Below, piece after piece: positions 27,471 to 36,639 of a DNA stretch of 64,000 nucleotides. The stretch is from contig CAXXTH010000021.1 of NCBI GenBank assembly GCA_963668025.2, positions 32,001 to 96,000 of the forward strand, written 5' to 3'. A program made the position numbers and the translations under genes. This DNA comes from Candidatus Hydrogenedentota bacterium (GTDB lineage: Bacteria > Hydrogenedentota > Hydrogenedentia > Hydrogenedentales > SLHB01). Position 1 is the first letter of the stretch; the number at the start of each line of letters is the position of its first letter. Under the pieces are notes generated by a model. The model saw nothing but the letters and a program-made list of their open reading frames with translations, did no database searches and had not been told where the DNA came from.

Positions 27471-28496
27471 TTATAGAATCAGCATCACATCGCCGTAGGA
27501 ATAAAAGCGAAACTCTTCGCGTACGGCGTACCGGTACGCCTCGATGACGAATTCCGTGCCTGCGAATGCGCATACCAGGGCGAGCAGGCTCGAACGGGGC
27601 ACGTGGAAATTCGTCTGGAGCGCGTCCACGCCATGAAAGGCGTATGGCGGGTAAATGAACCGGTTTGTGGTTCCAGAACCCGCTTGGAATCCGGTTTCTC
27701 CTTGGCATTGGGTCTCGAGGACGCGCGTACACGTGGTGCCCACGGCAACGATGCGGCCGCCATGGGCGCGGGTGTTATTCAGGAGAGTGGCGGTTTCGCC
27801 GGACATCTCGAATACTTCCGGCTCGAGCTGGTGCGTCTCGATAGTGTCTTCCATCAAAGGCCGGAAGGTGCCGTATCCCACATGCAGCGTCAGGAAGGCC
27901 TTGCGGACGCCTTTCTGTTCAATGCCATCAAACACCTGTGGCGTAAAATGCAGCCCCGCCGTCGGCGCGGCCACGGCCCCTTGCGTTTTTGCATATATGG
28001 TTTGATAGCGCTCAGTGTCACGCGCATCGGCGTGTTTGCGATGAATATATGGCGGCAAAGGCACTTCACCCGCCGCTTCGAGCCGCGCCAGCATATCGGG
28101 ATGATTAAATTGCACGCGCCGCCGCCCTCCGGGAAGCACATCGGCCATAATGGCGGATATGCCTTGGGCAAAATGCACCGGCGTTCCGGGCCGCACGCGC
28201 GCGGAAGGTTTCGCCAAGGCTTCCCACACCCCCGGCGCTTCTTCCCGAAGCAGGAACACCTCGATTTCGCCCCCAGTTTCTTTGCGGCCATGCAGCCGCG
28301 CGCGAATGACGCGGGTGTCATTGAGGACGATGCAGTCGCCTGTCCGCAAATACGACGGCATATTGCGGAATACATCGGCCCGTATCGTGCCGGATGCGCG
28401 GTCCAGCACCAGCATGCGCGCCGCATCGCGCGGCTCGCATGGCTCTTGCGCGATCAAGCGCTCCGGGAGTTCATAATCAAGTTCAGACGTTCTCAT
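27471..28496 (-). CDS. queA: S-adenosylmethionine:tRNA ribosyltransferase-isomerase
   Basis: DYELPERLIAQ, NDTRVIRARL, PLPPYI, YQTIYA, AAPTAGLHF, VGTT, TNFH, FYSYGD. Confidence 0.97.
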   Translation of the reverse strand: MRTSELDYELPERLIAQEPCEPRDAARMLVLDRASGTIRADVFRNMPSYLRTGDCIVLNDTRVIRARLHGRKETGGEIEVFLLREEAPGVWEALAKPSARVRPGTPVHFAQGISAIMADVLPGGRRRVQFNHPDMLARLEAAGEVPLPPYIHRKHADARDTERYQTIYAKTQGAVAAPTAGLHFTPQVFDGIEQKGVRKAFLTLHVGYGTFRPLMEDTIETHQLEPEVFEMSGETATLLNNTRAHGGRIVAVGTTCTRVLETQCQGETGFQAGSGTTNRFIYPPYAFHGVDALQTNFHVPRSSLLALVCAFAGTEFVIEAYRYAVREEFRFYSYGDVMLIL

Positions 28497-28681
28497 GGCG
28501 GGATACGATATCATCCGCAGGCGGTTTCTGCAATGATACGGCAAGGATAATCACACAAAACAATATCCCAAGTTGGCCTCAAGTGGTTTCATACGGTGTA
28601 ACTGCAACCACGCTCCGGATTTCATACCACGAAATACACGAAATTTAGTAACACTTTAGCGGACTGAAGCAAGAGCTGCTT

Positions 28682-28838
28682 TTTTTGACATGATTTACAA
28701 GATGGACAAGATTGGACAAGACCGCCAGGGTTATTTGCAGATTTGAAAATTACTCTGAAAAGTGTCCGGGCGCATTCTTTTGTGTAGCAAAATTGCCATC
28801 AAAAAATCTTGTCTCATCTTGTAAATCATGTCTAAAAA
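28682..28838. repeat. Tandem-unit palindrome variant (ACAAGAT type)
   Basis: TTGACATGATTTACAAGATGGACAAGATT ... AATCTTGTCTCATCTTGTAAATCATGTCTAAAAA. A half-site ACCACGAAATACACGAAAT lies at 28626-28644. Confidence 0.8.
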
Positions 28839-29042
28839 TGAATGCCTCCATCATAGGCGGTTTATTATGTATTCTCAGTTCAAAGACCGTCCCGATGTTT
28901 TTACTTCAGTCGGCTAAAGTGTTACGAGATATCAATGCTTTATGAATGTGGGTAAAATTCCAAAGAAACTCATTCATCCTAAACATAACCATCTGCGTGT
29001 CAAAAATATGTCAAATTCGAGTAATCTGTATTATGCTATTAG

Positions 29043-29996
29043 TTAATAGAGAGTAATGCTGTTAGGATTAATATTTTTCTCAATTCCAGGGTGCAACCAG
29101 AATTTTATACATGATCTCTTAAATCTATCTATAATTGGACTGCCTGCCAAACCTTCCCAATTATATTTATCGAACTCTCCCTTGTCCATATAAATGATAA
29201 CCCCATTATTTGAAGAGTCTTTCCCATATGAGTCTGTGAATGTGCATTCCTTATAGTACTGAAACTGGGAAACATATCCCGATGCAAAAAACGTTTGACC
29301 CATATTAACAAAATCGTGAATGGTTTCCTTCACACACATCTCAATTGTCAATTCTGTTGTTGGTTTCTGAGTCACCTCCAGTACACCATTATGGAAAAGT
29401 ATCTCGTATTCCTTATCGTCTGGAAGAACTGTTTTGCTGAGCATCTTTACTTCTTCTTCATCGGTGAATGATTTCGTTTCTCCCGTGTCAAATAAGGTTG
29501 ACGGATTTTTCAAACCTGAAAAGTGGATCCATCGAATATCATCGATGTCATACGGCTTAACGAATTCGAGGTAGGTTCCCGTTAAACCATCTTTGGTGAT
29601 TCCAGAGTATACGAGTTTCTCTCTCGTATGGATCTGGGCATTATCACCATTCCATGTTGAATAGCCACTCAATTCACCTCTCACTTCGTAAATCACTCCC
29701 TTCTTCAAAGACTTCCATTGATCGGGATTTTCAGCAGCCTTCGGACTTTGTGCTTGTGCTACTTTTTTACTACTGTGTTTCTCTTCTGAACTAATGGCAG
29801 AACCAATCATACCGACTAAAAATATCGCTCCGAAAAAGATACAGATAGCTTTAACTAAGTCCTTACTATGTTTTTGTTTATGTGGTTTCAAGATAGTCAA
29901 TGGCTGTCCACAATGATTGCAACTTCCCTTCATGCCTGCATATTCATCAGGCACTATCAATTCTTTTCCACAGTGGTGGCACTTTTGCTTAATCAT
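29043..29996 (-). CDS. AT-rich hypothetical membrane protein with N-terminal zinc ribbon
   Basis: CHHC...CNHC, one TM helix, then a soluble domain. Visibly lower GC than the flanks. Confidence 0.75.
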   Translation of the reverse strand: MIKQKCHHCGKELIVPDEYAGMKGSCNHCGQPLTILKPHKQKHSKDLVKAICIFFGAIFLVGMIGSAISSEEKHSSKKVAQAQSPKAAENPDQWKSLKKGVIYEVRGELSGYSTWNGDNAQIHTREKLVYSGITKDGLTGTYLEFVKPYDIDDIRWIHFSGLKNPSTLFDTGETKSFTDEEEVKMLSKTVLPDDKEYEILFHNGVLEVTQKPTTELTIEMCVKETIHDFVNMGQTFFASGYVSQFQYYKECTFTDSYGKDSSNNGVIIYMDKGEFDKYNWEGLAGSPIIDRFKRSCIKFWLHPGIEKNINPNSITLY

Positions 29997-30153
29997 GGTT
30001 TTTTCCCTTCGAGTTTACTTACCTCCGTTACGGAGTATTGCAACACCCCAATTCAATAAAAGCAATACTCGAAACAATTTATGACAAATTAATGAAAATA
30101 AACAGTGTGAGGCAAGATATAATAGGTAAGCTGTTGAGCATTCCATGGGCTCC

Positions 30154-31206
30154 TCATCCGTATTTATAACGCGCCGCGCATGAGCCTTCGCCCGACACCA
30201 TGCAGGGGCCCAGAGGATTGCGCGGCGTACAGGGCTTGCCGAAGAGCGGGCATTCGGGCGGATGAATCAGGCCCTTGAGCACTTCGCCACATCGGCATCC
30301 CGGCAGATGAATGGGCTCCAGCTCTGGCAAGCGGTAACGCAAGGCTGCATCGAATGCATGCAGTTCTGGCCGGAAACGCAGGCCGCTGCCGGGGATGGTT
30401 CCCAGGCCGCGCCATTCGGCGTCCGCCGGCTCGAAGGCCCGCATCAAAACGTCCCACGCGCGGCGGTTGCCCCTCGGCTTGACGGCGCGCGTATATTGGA
30501 CGAACGACCCCGTCCGCTCCTCGAGCAAGCACTCGAGCAGCATGGCGATGCCCTCGAGCACGTCGGAAGGCTCGAATCCCGTGGCCACGCAAGGGATGCC
30601 GTTGCGCTTGGCAAGATTTTCATACGCCTCTGGCCCGAGGATCACCGTTACATGCCCCGGCGTGAGGAAGGCGCTGATATGGGAAGCGCCCTCTAAAACC
30701 GCTTCCATGGCGGGCAGAATGAGCTTGTGCGAGGCGTAGATCGAGAAATTCGTGATGCCTCGTTCCTGGGCCTGGAGCGCGGTGGCCGCCACGCCCGGCG
30801 AGGTCGTCTCGAATCCCACGCCGAGAAACGCCACTTCCCGCTCGGGATTGGCCTCGGCGAGGGCGAGGGCGTCGAGCGGCGAATAAACGACCCGTACATC
30901 CGCACCGTTGGTGCGTTCGTGTTCGAGCGAGGAGGTAACGCCTGGTACGCGGAGCATGTCGCCGAAGGTGGCGATGATCAGGCCGGGGATCCGGGCAAGA
31001 AGCAGCATGCGCTCGATATCACGTTGTGAGGTGACGCAGACCGGGCAGCCGGGGCCGGACACCAATTCAACGTTTTCCGGCATGAGCGTGCGCAGGCCCC
31101 CGCGTCCGATGGCATGGGTGTGGGTGCCGCAGACCTCCATCAGGCGGACGTGGCGGCTAATAGCTTCCGCCGCACGGCGCAGGCGGTTCAGCGGCGGTTC
31201 AGGCAT
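30154..31206 (-). CDS. hypD: Hydrogenase maturation protein HypD
   Basis: MEVCGTHTH, GPGCPVC, GFETT, PGHV, C-terminal 4Fe-4S Cys cluster with GPCMVSGEGSC. Confidence 0.97.
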   Translation of the reverse strand: MPEPPLNRLRRAAEAISRHVRLMEVCGTHTHAIGRGGLRTLMPENVELVSGPGCPVCVTSQRDIERMLLLARIPGLIIATFGDMLRVPGVTSSLEHERTNGADVRVVYSPLDALALAEANPEREVAFLGVGFETTSPGVAATALQAQERGITNFSIYASHKLILPAMEAVLEGASHISAFLTPGHVTVILGPEAYENLAKRNGIPCVATGFEPSDVLEGIAMLLECLLEERTGSFVQYTRAVKPRGNRRAWDVLMRAFEPADAEWRGLGTIPGSGLRFRPELHAFDAALRYRLPELEPIHLPGCRCGEVLKGLIHPPECPLFGKPCTPRNPLGPCMVSGEGSCAARYKYG

Positions 31207-31435
31207 CGGCGTTTTCCGTATCCATGCGATGGACATCCGCAAACAGCCGGAGCGTTTCCTCGGCGTCCTCGGGGGCGAGCTTCTCGATGGCGAACCCGGC
31301 ATGGACCAGCACCCAATCGCCCACCTCGGGGGCGTCAATGAGGCTCAAGTCCGCCTCGATGACATTGCCCTCGAGCTCGATGCGGCCGCGCATGCCGTTC
31401 ATTTGTGTGATGCGCGCGGGTATGGCTAAACACAT
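31199..31435 (-). CDS. hypC: Hydrogenase assembly chaperone HypC
   Basis: MCLAIP, VGDWVLVHAGFA. Confidence 0.96.
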   Translation of the reverse strand: MCLAIPARITQMNGMRGRIELEGNVIEADLSLIDAPEVGDWVLVHAGFAIEKLAPEDAEETLRLFADVHRMDTENADA

Positions 31436-33732
31436 TGCAGCCTCCTGGCGGCCACCGCCGCTTGTCCCAAGCAAATGCCCCCATCGCCCGCAGGCGTATC
31501 GGTATTCAAGAGTATCTCGAAACTGTCTTCCGCCAGCAGCGGCATGAGCCGTTCCGTAAGGAAGGCGTTGGCGAAGACGCCGCCCGACAATACGGTGGCC
31601 GAGATGCCGGTATTGTCGCGCACCCGGCGGCAGATGTCCAGCGCCAGCCGGGCGGCTGAATTATGGAATCGCGCCGCACAAATGCTTGGCTCCACCCCCC
31701 GCCGCAGGTCGTTCACTATACCTATTACTATGTCCGCGCCATGGACCACCCAAGCGCCCGCCTCATCGCGGCTGGTTTCCACGGGATACCAGCCCGTCTC
31801 GTCCGGCTCTTCACTGGCCAGCGCTTCGAGTTCCATGGGGGCCTGGGCATGGTAGGTGTTCATATGACAAACACCCAGAAGCGCGCTTGCGGCGTCGAAC
31901 AGGCGGCCCATGCTCGAGGTGAACGGGCAATTCACGGTGCGCGCCAGCAGGCTGCCCACGATGTTCATTTCTTCTTGGGCAAACCCCGGCATTAGCTCCA
32001 CGGCCATCAGTTCCGCCTGGCGGCCAAAGGCGGCTTTCAGGTATACATACGCCATGCGTGCGGGGCGTTTCGATGCGGCGTCGCCGCCAGGCTGAGGCAT
32101 AGGCTGTAGATACCCCACGCGTTTGAAGCCAGCCAGGTCGCACATGAGGAATTCCCCACCCCAAGGCTTGTCGTCCTCGCCCCAGCCCATGCCGTCGAAA
32201 GATACGCCTATCACCTTGTCCGTCCGCCCGGTTTCGGCGAGGACCGACGCCACATGGGCGTGGTGATGCTGCACCTGGATAAGCGTCAGGCCGGATTCGC
32301 GGGCATAACTGGTCGAGAGATAGCTCGGATGCAGGTCGCAGGCCACCGCGCCAGGCTCGACATCGAGAATGTCCTTCAGGTGGGCGATAGCCTGAAGGAA
32401 GGCCTCGTAGGCGGGCACATTCTCCATATCGCCGATATGATGGCTAAGGTAGGCCTGCCCTTCCCGCGTCACGCAGACCACATTGTTCAATTCCGCGCCC
32501 ACGGCCAGGATCTCACATGGGCCAGTCTTCACCGGCAGCGCCACTGGAAAAGGCGCATACCCCCTCGACCGGCGCAAAAAGCGCATCTTGCCCGAGATGA
32601 TGCGGCCTACCGAGTCATCGGTGCGGATGTGGATGCCCCGGTCATGGAGCAGGAAAGCGTCCGCCAGGCCGCCCAAGCGTTCTTTCGCTTCCGTGTTCTC
32701 GTGGGCGATAGGTTCTTGGCTCATATTGCCGCTCGTCATGACCAGCGCCAGGTACGGCCCTTCGAGCAGCAGATGGTGCAGCGGCGTGTACGGGAGCATG
32801 ACCCCAAACGTGTTGCTGCGCGGCGCGGCTTCCTCGGCAATGGCGTGAAAAGGCCGTTTCGGCAGCAGCAAGATGGGCCGCTCGCGCCCCTCGAGGATTT
32901 CCCGCGCGCCCCATGGAAGCTCACAGAACCGTGAAACCGCCTCGATGTTCCGCGCCATCAGCGCGAAGGGCTTCATGTCTCGGTGCTTACGCCGCCGCAG
33001 CATGCGCACGGCCTCGGCGTTCGATGCGTCGCACGCCAGGTGGAAGCCGCCTAATCCCTTGATGGCGAGGATTTCCCCGGCGGCCAGGCGTTCGATGGCC
33101 GCTCCGATGGGATTCGAGGGGGCTAGATCATTGCTGTAGCCATCTTGCATGAACACGCGTGGCCCGCACACGGGACAGCAGGTGGGTTCGGCGTGAAAGC
33201 GGCGGTTGGCGGGGTCTTCATATTCGGCGTGGCAGGCCGGGCACATCTCGAAGGCGGCCATGGTGGTGCGGGCGCGGTCGTATGGGACGCCTTGGATAAT
33301 GGTATAGCGAGGGCCGCAATTGGTGCAGTTAATAAAAGGATAGCGGAAGCGGCGGTTGGCGGGCTCGCGCATCTCGCGCAGGCAGTCCGGGCACACCGCC
33401 AAGTCAGGTGGGATCAGCACCGTGCGCCCGCCCGCCTGGACGCTCGTGAGTATCGAGAAGCCTTCCGCGCCGGTAGGCTCGAGGGGCGACGCCTCTACTC
33501 CTTGGAGCCATGCCATCGGGGGAGGGGCCGTTTGAAGCTCGTGGAGAAAGGCTTGGATATGGGCGGTTTCGCCCTCGAGTTCGATGGCCACGCCCCGAGG
33601 TTCATTGCGTACGAAGCCCGAAAGCCGCAGCCGCGTGGCCAGCCCGTAGACAAAGGGCCGGAACCCCACGCCCTGCACTGCACCCCGCACCTGTACGCGC
33701 ATCCGCTCGATGGCCATGCCGGCTCCCTGCAT
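31426..33732 (-). CDS. hypF: Carbamoyltransferase HypF
   Basis: VQGVGFRPF, two zinc fingers, KGLGGFHL, QHHHAH, DG.G.G.D, TSSMGRLFDA, LSGGVF.N. Confidence 0.97.
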   Translation of the reverse strand: MQGAGMAIERMRVQVRGAVQGVGFRPFVYGLATRLRLSGFVRNEPRGVAIELEGETAHIQAFLHELQTAPPPMAWLQGVEASPLEPTGAEGFSILTSVQAGGRTVLIPPDLAVCPDCLREMREPANRRFRYPFINCTNCGPRYTIIQGVPYDRARTTMAAFEMCPACHAEYEDPANRRFHAEPTCCPVCGPRVFMQDGYSNDLAPSNPIGAAIERLAAGEILAIKGLGGFHLACDASNAEAVRMLRRRKHRDMKPFALMARNIEAVSRFCELPWGAREILEGRERPILLLPKRPFHAIAEEAAPRSNTFGVMLPYTPLHHLLLEGPYLALVMTSGNMSQEPIAHENTEAKERLGGLADAFLLHDRGIHIRTDDSVGRIISGKMRFLRRSRGYAPFPVALPVKTGPCEILAVGAELNNVVCVTREGQAYLSHHIGDMENVPAYEAFLQAIAHLKDILDVEPGAVACDLHPSYLSTSYARESGLTLIQVQHHHAHVASVLAETGRTDKVIGVSFDGMGWGEDDKPWGGEFLMCDLAGFKRVGYLQPMPQPGGDAASKRPARMAYVYLKAAFGRQAELMAVELMPGFAQEEMNIVGSLLARTVNCPFTSSMGRLFDAASALLGVCHMNTYHAQAPMELEALASEEPDETGWYPVETSRDEAGAWVVHGADIVIGIVNDLRRGVEPSICAARFHNSAARLALDICRRVRDNTGISATVLSGGVFANAFLTERLMPLLAEDSFEILLNTDTPAGDGGICLGQAAVAARRLQCV

Positions 33733-33803
33733 TCTCTCTTCACCCAAACCTGCAAGGGAACCAGTTTCGCTTACAGGGTATTAAAGATTCAATCCGCACC
33801 TCG

Positions 33804-33993
33804 GATTTTTCACCACGGGGACACGGGGAACACGGGGGAGCGCATGCCGCGCTTTTCACTAAATGGCCATTTAGATGTGGGCAGGCCTTTTTCAACATGT
33901 TGCATAGGAAATATAAACGACATTTTCTTGGCATTTGGTTATTAGCCGCCATATCGATCCCCGTGGCTTCCCGTGTCCCCGTGGTGAAAAATC
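33804..33993. repeat. Tandem-unit palindrome variant (CACGGGG type)
   Basis: GATTTTTCACCACGGGGACACGGGGAACACGGGG ... CCCCGTGGCTTCCCGTGTCCCCGTGGTGAAAAATC. Confidence 0.88.
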
Positions 33994-34023
33994 TGGATCT
34001 TGGGTTGCAGTATAACTTCGGAA

Positions 34024-34063
34024 TTGACCTAAAGCGGCTGCCAAGTGCATACTATAACTGCAC
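34024..34063 (+). promoter_or_regulatory. TA promoter with operator palindrome
   Basis: TTGACC at -35; GTGCA-N9-TGCAC (34045-34063) overlaps the -10 region. Confidence 0.55.
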
Positions 34064-34084
34064 ACAATGAGTGGAGGTGCGAAA

Positions 34085-34330
34085 ATGAAAGCGACTATTT
34101 TGGACATGAGACGGAATCCCAAGAAGATCCTCGACGCGATTGCCCGTAGCGAAACAGTCACGCTTACCAACCGGGGCAAGCAGGTGGCCCAGATCGAACC
34201 GATCCGGGACGGCCAACGTCCTAGCGCCTCCGAGCACGAAGCTTTCGGCATGTGGGCTGGCCGCTCTGAGCTGGATGATCCTTCGGCCTATGTTCGCGAA
34301 CTCCGAAAGGGACGTTTCGGTGCTCTTTGA
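34085..34330 (+). CDS. Phd/YefM-type antitoxin
   Basis: MKATILDMRRN...ETVTLTNRGKQVAQI; overlaps the PIN toxin gene. Confidence 0.85.
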   Translation: MKATILDMRRNPKKILDAIARSETVTLTNRGKQVAQIEPIRDGQRPSASEHEAFGMWAGRSELDDPSAYVRELRKGRFGAL

Positions 34331-34697
34331 TACGGATGTGATCATTTGGATCTTACGTGGAAACAAGCGCGCGGCCAAGGAAATCGACCAGGCGGATCAG
34401 TTGGAGCTATCGGTGGTGAGCTACATGGAACTGCTGCAAGGCGTTCGCGATAAGAAAGATTTGCGCTTGACGAAAGCCTTTCTGGCCGCTCTGGGTTTCC
34501 AGATACTCCCGCTATCGGAGAATATCGGCCACCGCGCCTCGATCTACTTGGAGGAGTATGGCCTGAAGACAAACCTGGGCGTTCCCGATGCATTGATCGC
34601 CGCCACGGCCGTGGAAAACGGCCGCATACTTTGCTCGGGAAACGCCAAGGATTATAAGGCCATCGCCGAAATCGCGTTGAAAGTGTTTAGTCCATAA
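34320..34697 (+). CDS. vapC: VapC-type PIN-domain toxin
   Basis: LFDTDV, S..SYMEL, DALIAATA. GTG start. Confidence 0.92.
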   Translation: MLFDTDVIIWILRGNKRAAKEIDQADQLELSVVSYMELLQGVRDKKDLRLTKAFLAALGFQILPLSENIGHRASIYLEEYGLKTNLGVPDALIAATAVENGRILCSGNAKDYKAIAEIALKVFSP

Positions 34698-34933
34698 CTC
34701 TTTTAAGCGGCTCTGGCAACCCTTCCGGACAAAAAAGGAAAAACGATTCCATACTCCCCATTCATGACACAGGCCTCGGAGCCGGCCTGGCATCGAGCAG
34801 CTTGGAGCTGGCTTGAATTTGACATCTAAGAGCGGGTGTGCCTAGAATGTACATTATACTTTACCCGGAGGAAGTCCGTTAAAGCTGAAAGCGGACCAAA
34901 ACAGAGTCAAGAACAAAAGGAGGCCAATACCTC

Positions 34934-35287
34934 ATGTTTGAGATTCTCGCGTTGGTTCTGCTCTCCCAGCAGCCGATTCACCCAGTTGTCGAGGGGACGG
35001 CTTCGTATTACACGGTGGAGAGCAGCAGCCGGGTGACAGCATCGGGAGAGATGCTGCACGACGAGGCCTTGACGTGCGCAATGCCGGATGGCGAATTCGG
35101 CACCTACTACCTGGTTGTGGCCAGCAATGGCAACTCGGTGGTAGTGCGTTTGAACGACCGCGGGCCATTCAAGCAAGGGCGGGTGATCGATCTCTCGTAT
35201 GCCGCCATGCGCGAATTGTGCCCACGGTCCACCACCGTCAAGGTAAAAGTGTATAAGCTTGGAAAAGACGCGGCTTCGCCTCCATAA
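34934..35287 (+). CDS. rlpA: RlpA-like double-psi beta-barrel protein
   Basis: GTASYY, TASGE, NDRGPF, RVIDLSYAA. TTGACA-18-TAGAAT upstream. Confidence 0.88.
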   Translation: MFEILALVLLSQQPIHPVVEGTASYYTVESSSRVTASGEMLHDEALTCAMPDGEFGTYYLVVASNGNSVVVRLNDRGPFKQGRVIDLSYAAMRELCPRSTTVKVKVYKLGKDAASPP

Positions 35288-35352
35288 CGGAGGAGGGGCG
35301 CAATTACACCCTTGCGGGCGGCGACGGCGGTATGCTGGCGCCGCCCATTGTG

Positions 35353-35415
35353 TTTGGGGTTTAGGGTCTAGGGATCGGATCATGAACCCTATACCCTGAA
35401 CCCTATACCCTAGGG
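35353..35415. repeat. Inverted heptamer repeat
   Basis: TTTGGGG-TTTAGGG-TCTAGGG ... CCCTATA-CCCTGAA-CCCTATA-CCCTAGG. Confidence 0.7.
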
Positions 35416-35673
35416 TTTGGGGGGCCGACAGGAGCGGAAGGCGCGTGCAATTGCATTTGCAAAAAATGAAAGCTCCTCTAGGTAGTTCCTGCTTAGAATG
35501 GGTGGTTTTGAAGATTAAGCAGCTCCACAGTTTTCATTCTTAACGTGGAGATACTGAAACGGCCACACGATCATCATGTGAAAACTCCACTATGCGGCGC
35601 TTCAAGTTGATATGTACATTCGCAAGCGTTGTTTCAGGTGGCGCATAGAAAGAAGAATGGCTTTCCCTTTCTC

Positions 35674-35696
35674 GTGGCATGGGCGTCCCGCCCATG
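35674..35696 (+). repeat. REP with degenerate partner
   Basis: GTGGCATGGGCGTCCCGCCCATG. Confidence 0.8.
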
Positions 35697-35724
35697 CGCA
35701 TGGAGGGCGCCATCGTGCGCTGCT

Positions 35725-36291
35725 CTAATGAATCAGCGAGATGTCGTTCCCGAAGGAACCATTGCTGGAATGGAGCTGCTGGTGCAGTTCCGTGTGGCGT
35801 TGCATGGCAAGGGACATGAAATCCTCGGCAAGGTTGGCGTCTCCTGGAAAACTAGTTACGGTGCAACCGTAGCCGCGCGCCATTTGCTCCAGATCCTGTG
35901 CGAGGCGGGCCAGCGCATTTTGTGCGCCGTCGCCGGTGGTCTCGACAAAAAGGATGGCCAAGCTAGAATTGCTCAGTTTGAAGACTTGATCGGTCGTGCG
36001 CAATTCATCCGTAAGGCGTTGCCCTAAGCGGGGAAGAATGGCGTCATTTTCTTCCGGGAAATACAATGTAACCAAGGAAGTAGCCGAGGGGAATCGTATG
36101 GAACGGTCGATTTCTTCGCGCACCCGGGCATGCAAGTAGTTTTCCGTACGCAATCCCGTCGTTGGATCGCGATGAGCAAGCTTCTCCAAGAGACTACATC
36201 GGCGCTCCAGATCCATCCGCCGAGTTGTCTCTTCGCGCAAGCGAACCTGAAGCTTCTCAATCTGCTCCTTCAACTTCGCGATCTCATCCAT
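35725..36291 (-). CDS. Coiled-coil plus degenerate GGDEF-domain protein
   Basis: LAHRDPTTGL, EEIDRSIR and LRTTD motifs are present, but SNSSL replaces GGDEF. Confidence 0.8.
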   Translation of the reverse strand: MDEIAKLKEQIEKLQVRLREETTRRMDLERRCSLLEKLAHRDPTTGLRTENYLHARVREEIDRSIRFPSATSLVTLYFPEENDAILPRLGQRLTDELRTTDQVFKLSNSSLAILFVETTGDGAQNALARLAQDLEQMARGYGCTVTSFPGDANLAEDFMSLAMQRHTELHQQLHSSNGSFGNDISLIH

Positions 36292-36639
36292 GCATATTCT
36301 CCCCTCTCGCTGTTGAATTACAAGACGCAAGACATGTGCCAATAATAACTAGGATGGTTGCGTGCGGCAACGCGTTGAAATATAATAAGTTGTGTGATTT
36401 TATCCTGGGCAGGCCCATTATTAAAAAGAATGCACTTGGACGCAAGATAATCACAGATGACAAACTCTTGCCGTTTGCCTCGTTTTATTAATCGTACATT
36501 TCTTGACTTAGCTTCTTCACTTTCATACTATGTTATTGCCACTTATGATAAATAGATCGCATTATCATGCGAATATGGGCCGGGACGCCTATACTCCGTG
36601 TAAAAAACGGAGGCGCTGTAGTTTCGGCGGAGCCGAATC

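Noticed and set aside
35420-35450. SRP RNA (CAGG..CGGAAG similarity)
   Set aside because: Lacks the GGAAGCAGC partner strand and the enclosing helix.
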